Both the position numbers and the translations under genes were made by a program. From Marsupella aquatica (taxonomy: Eukaryota; Plantae; Marchantiophyta): DNA of 64,000 bases. The stretch covers positions 4,826,977-4,890,976 of the forward strand of contig OZ316893.1 of NCBI GenBank assembly GCA_973895155.1, written 5' to 3'. Below, piece by piece: positions 62,145-64,000 of this stretch (position 1 is its first letter; each line of letters opens with the position of its first letter). Under the pieces are notes generated by a model. That model did not search any database. It had not been told where the DNA came from and saw only the letters and a list, made by a program, of their open reading frames with translations.

Positions 62145-62878
62145 CGTTGTTAAAACAGTAAAATGTGTGGGCCCTTTTCTAGGTGGAAGACGATAGTCGT
62201 GTGCAAAGATGTAAGCCTGTCTTGGCAGTTTCTAGGCAAAGATTCTGGCACAAGAAGACTTCGAAAGAATGGAACTAAATTGCATACCCTTGTGGGAGGC
62301 TGCTTAGTTAGTGAATAGTTAGTGACTGATTCAATAGCAATTACATATGATCTTGCACCACAAAGCTGAACCTTAGACTGAGCCTGAAAGAATTTATGGA
62401 CAGATAAAAAGACCAATTGCTAAAACAAAGTTTGTTTGTTTCATGGGGTCTAAATGTAGTCAGCTGTCAATGAATGATCTAACCCAGAGATAATTATTTT
62501 GCTTTGATAAGTTGTTGGAGATAGAATATACATTCTATCTGACGGGACCTAACCAGAAGTCAATGTATGGGATTACCACAACGCACTGCTTGGAAATATA
62601 AACATTACATATATTCTGATGAATCATTGACGGGATGGATCAATTTTAAATATTGTAGCCAGAATATATATTGAAGAGATACTCACTGTCCAAGTTGTTA
62701 ACCGGTCAGAACTGTCCTAATTATCAGAACTACGTACTATGGTCTGGAACAATCTAGATGAGGTGCCATCCTTATTCATTGGTACTACACTCCCAATCTT
62801 TCTCCAGACTACTTCAAAGTGTTCTACACCAACTATATACAATTTAAAGACACATGGTCTGAGCACAACAGGTATTTT

Positions 62879-63002
62879 AAACTTGTTGACCTTTATTCTA
62901 TATCTGAATGATTTATTTTCCTAGTTTTCTATGCTAACCTAAACTTGTTGACCTTTATTCTATATCTGAATGATTTATTTTCCTAGTTTTCTATGCTAAC
63001 CT
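62879..63002. repeat. Perfect tandem duplication, 2 x 62 bp
   Basis: AAACTTGTTGACCTTTATTC...CTATGCTAACCT at 62879 and 62941. Confidence 0.92.
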
Positions 63003-63133
63003 ACAGTTAATACATGTCCCCATCATGTACTAGCTGCCAGTGAAGGTAGCAAAAACATGTAAAGTGGATCAACTTTGTACATCTATTGATTCACCCTAAG
63101 GATGAGGGCTGAAAGATAACCAGGGGGCATAAT

Positions 63134-63500
63134 TGTTGAGCAATAACCGCTCACAAAAGCATGGACTTGTGAGCATGTGATGAACAAGTAGTCGACGTAA
63201 GAGATACATGGTTCAATTACTAGAACTATGTCCACCAAAACACACAAGAGAGCTATACTATATTCTAGGCCTGTTAGCCACACCAAGTCTCACATCATGA
63301 GTTCTCTCTATCTCTCAAATGGCTTTGTACTTGAGCCTTACTTCCAGGCCACACAATTAGCTAACTCTTGCTTGTGCATATAGGAGGAAGCATGGCTAAC
63401 CTAACCAAGTATCTAAATAGTATTACCCTAACTATGGTTATAATAGGTTCCCTAGACCTAAGAATGAATACCTAAGAGTAATGCAGGCCATGTCACCTAC
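63134..63500 (-). mobile_element. Highly degraded solo LTR related to the copia family
   Basis: Starts TGTTGAGC; contains AAGTAGTCGAC, ATGGTTCA, CACACAAGAGAGCT and CTCTCTATCTCTCAA.TGGCT, matching the reverse complement of the intact LTR in the same order; far end uncertain. Confidence 0.55.
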
Positions 63501-63609
63501 ATTTTAGCTCTCGTCTCGGCCCTCGTAGATGGTCCATTGCATGTTGTTTGACAAACAGTCCTGTTGCATCACATAGGATTGGATACCAACCTTGAACTCT
63601 TGAGGGCTT

Positions 63610-64000
63610 GGGGGTCTCACTATATGTATGTCTCCCCATCACCTGTGATGTTTTTAGGCCTTGGACCCCCTAAAATGTTAAAAAAATTCTTAAATCTTCC
63701 TTTCAAACCAATAAAATGACCCTATACTTTGTCGCACATGATGTGTCATTTTTGTGGAATTGAAGCCCCCGAGCTTGAGGGTCTCATTATATAGAGCCCC
63801 CCCCCCAAATATATCGCCTCCAAAGTGTAAGACGAAAATGAATGTTTAGCCCTGTAAAGTTGGAATATTCTTAGAATATTCCAAAATCTTCATTAAAAGG
63901 CCCTAATGTATTACAAGACTCCAAATTGAATTATAAAGACCCTACCATTTGTTCTTCCAATAAGATTGGTAATTCTTCCCTTAGAACCAATAAAATGACC
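63610..64000 (+). mobile_element. Two adjacent copies of the 46162-type non-autonomous element (second truncated by the window edge)
   Basis: GGGGTCTCA starts at about 63610 and 63779; the internal block CCCT.TAAAGTT...CTTAGAACCA.TAAAATGAC is shared with 46255-46385. Confidence 0.65.

Noticed and set aside
60224-62416. Short minus-strand ORFs and splice-like sites suggesting another gene
   Set aside because: No consistent exon chain or recognisable protein motif could be built by eye.

Overview
Eukaryotic land-plant genomic DNA with spliced genes; probably a non-seed plant such as a liverwort (inference only). Three host genes: the 3' part of a LUC7-type U1 snRNP splicing factor (+, 452-1701), a ZHOUPI-like bHLH-ACT transcription factor (-, about 20941-17500), and a complete 14-exon EF-hand lysophospholipid acyltransferase of the LPEAT2 type (-, 57497-49580). 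Between them is a transposon-rich landscape: a young full-length Ty1/copia LTR retrotransposon (8243-13964; 403-bp LTRs, ATAAG TSD), three older relatives (solo or degraded LTRs), an internally deleted pogo/CENP-B-type DNA transposon (6708-7666), a Tourist MITE, several fold-back elements including a ~650-bp hairpin, and many two-copy tandem duplications. The most interesting signal is the copia gag-pol junction: a stem-loop, an in-frame stop, and a duplicated GAG-TAT-G codon block, a candidate recoding (bypass or readthrough) signal. The copia LTR also carries a six-copy 18-bp array combining ABRE-, MYB- and GTAC-like motifs. All coordinates were read by eye.
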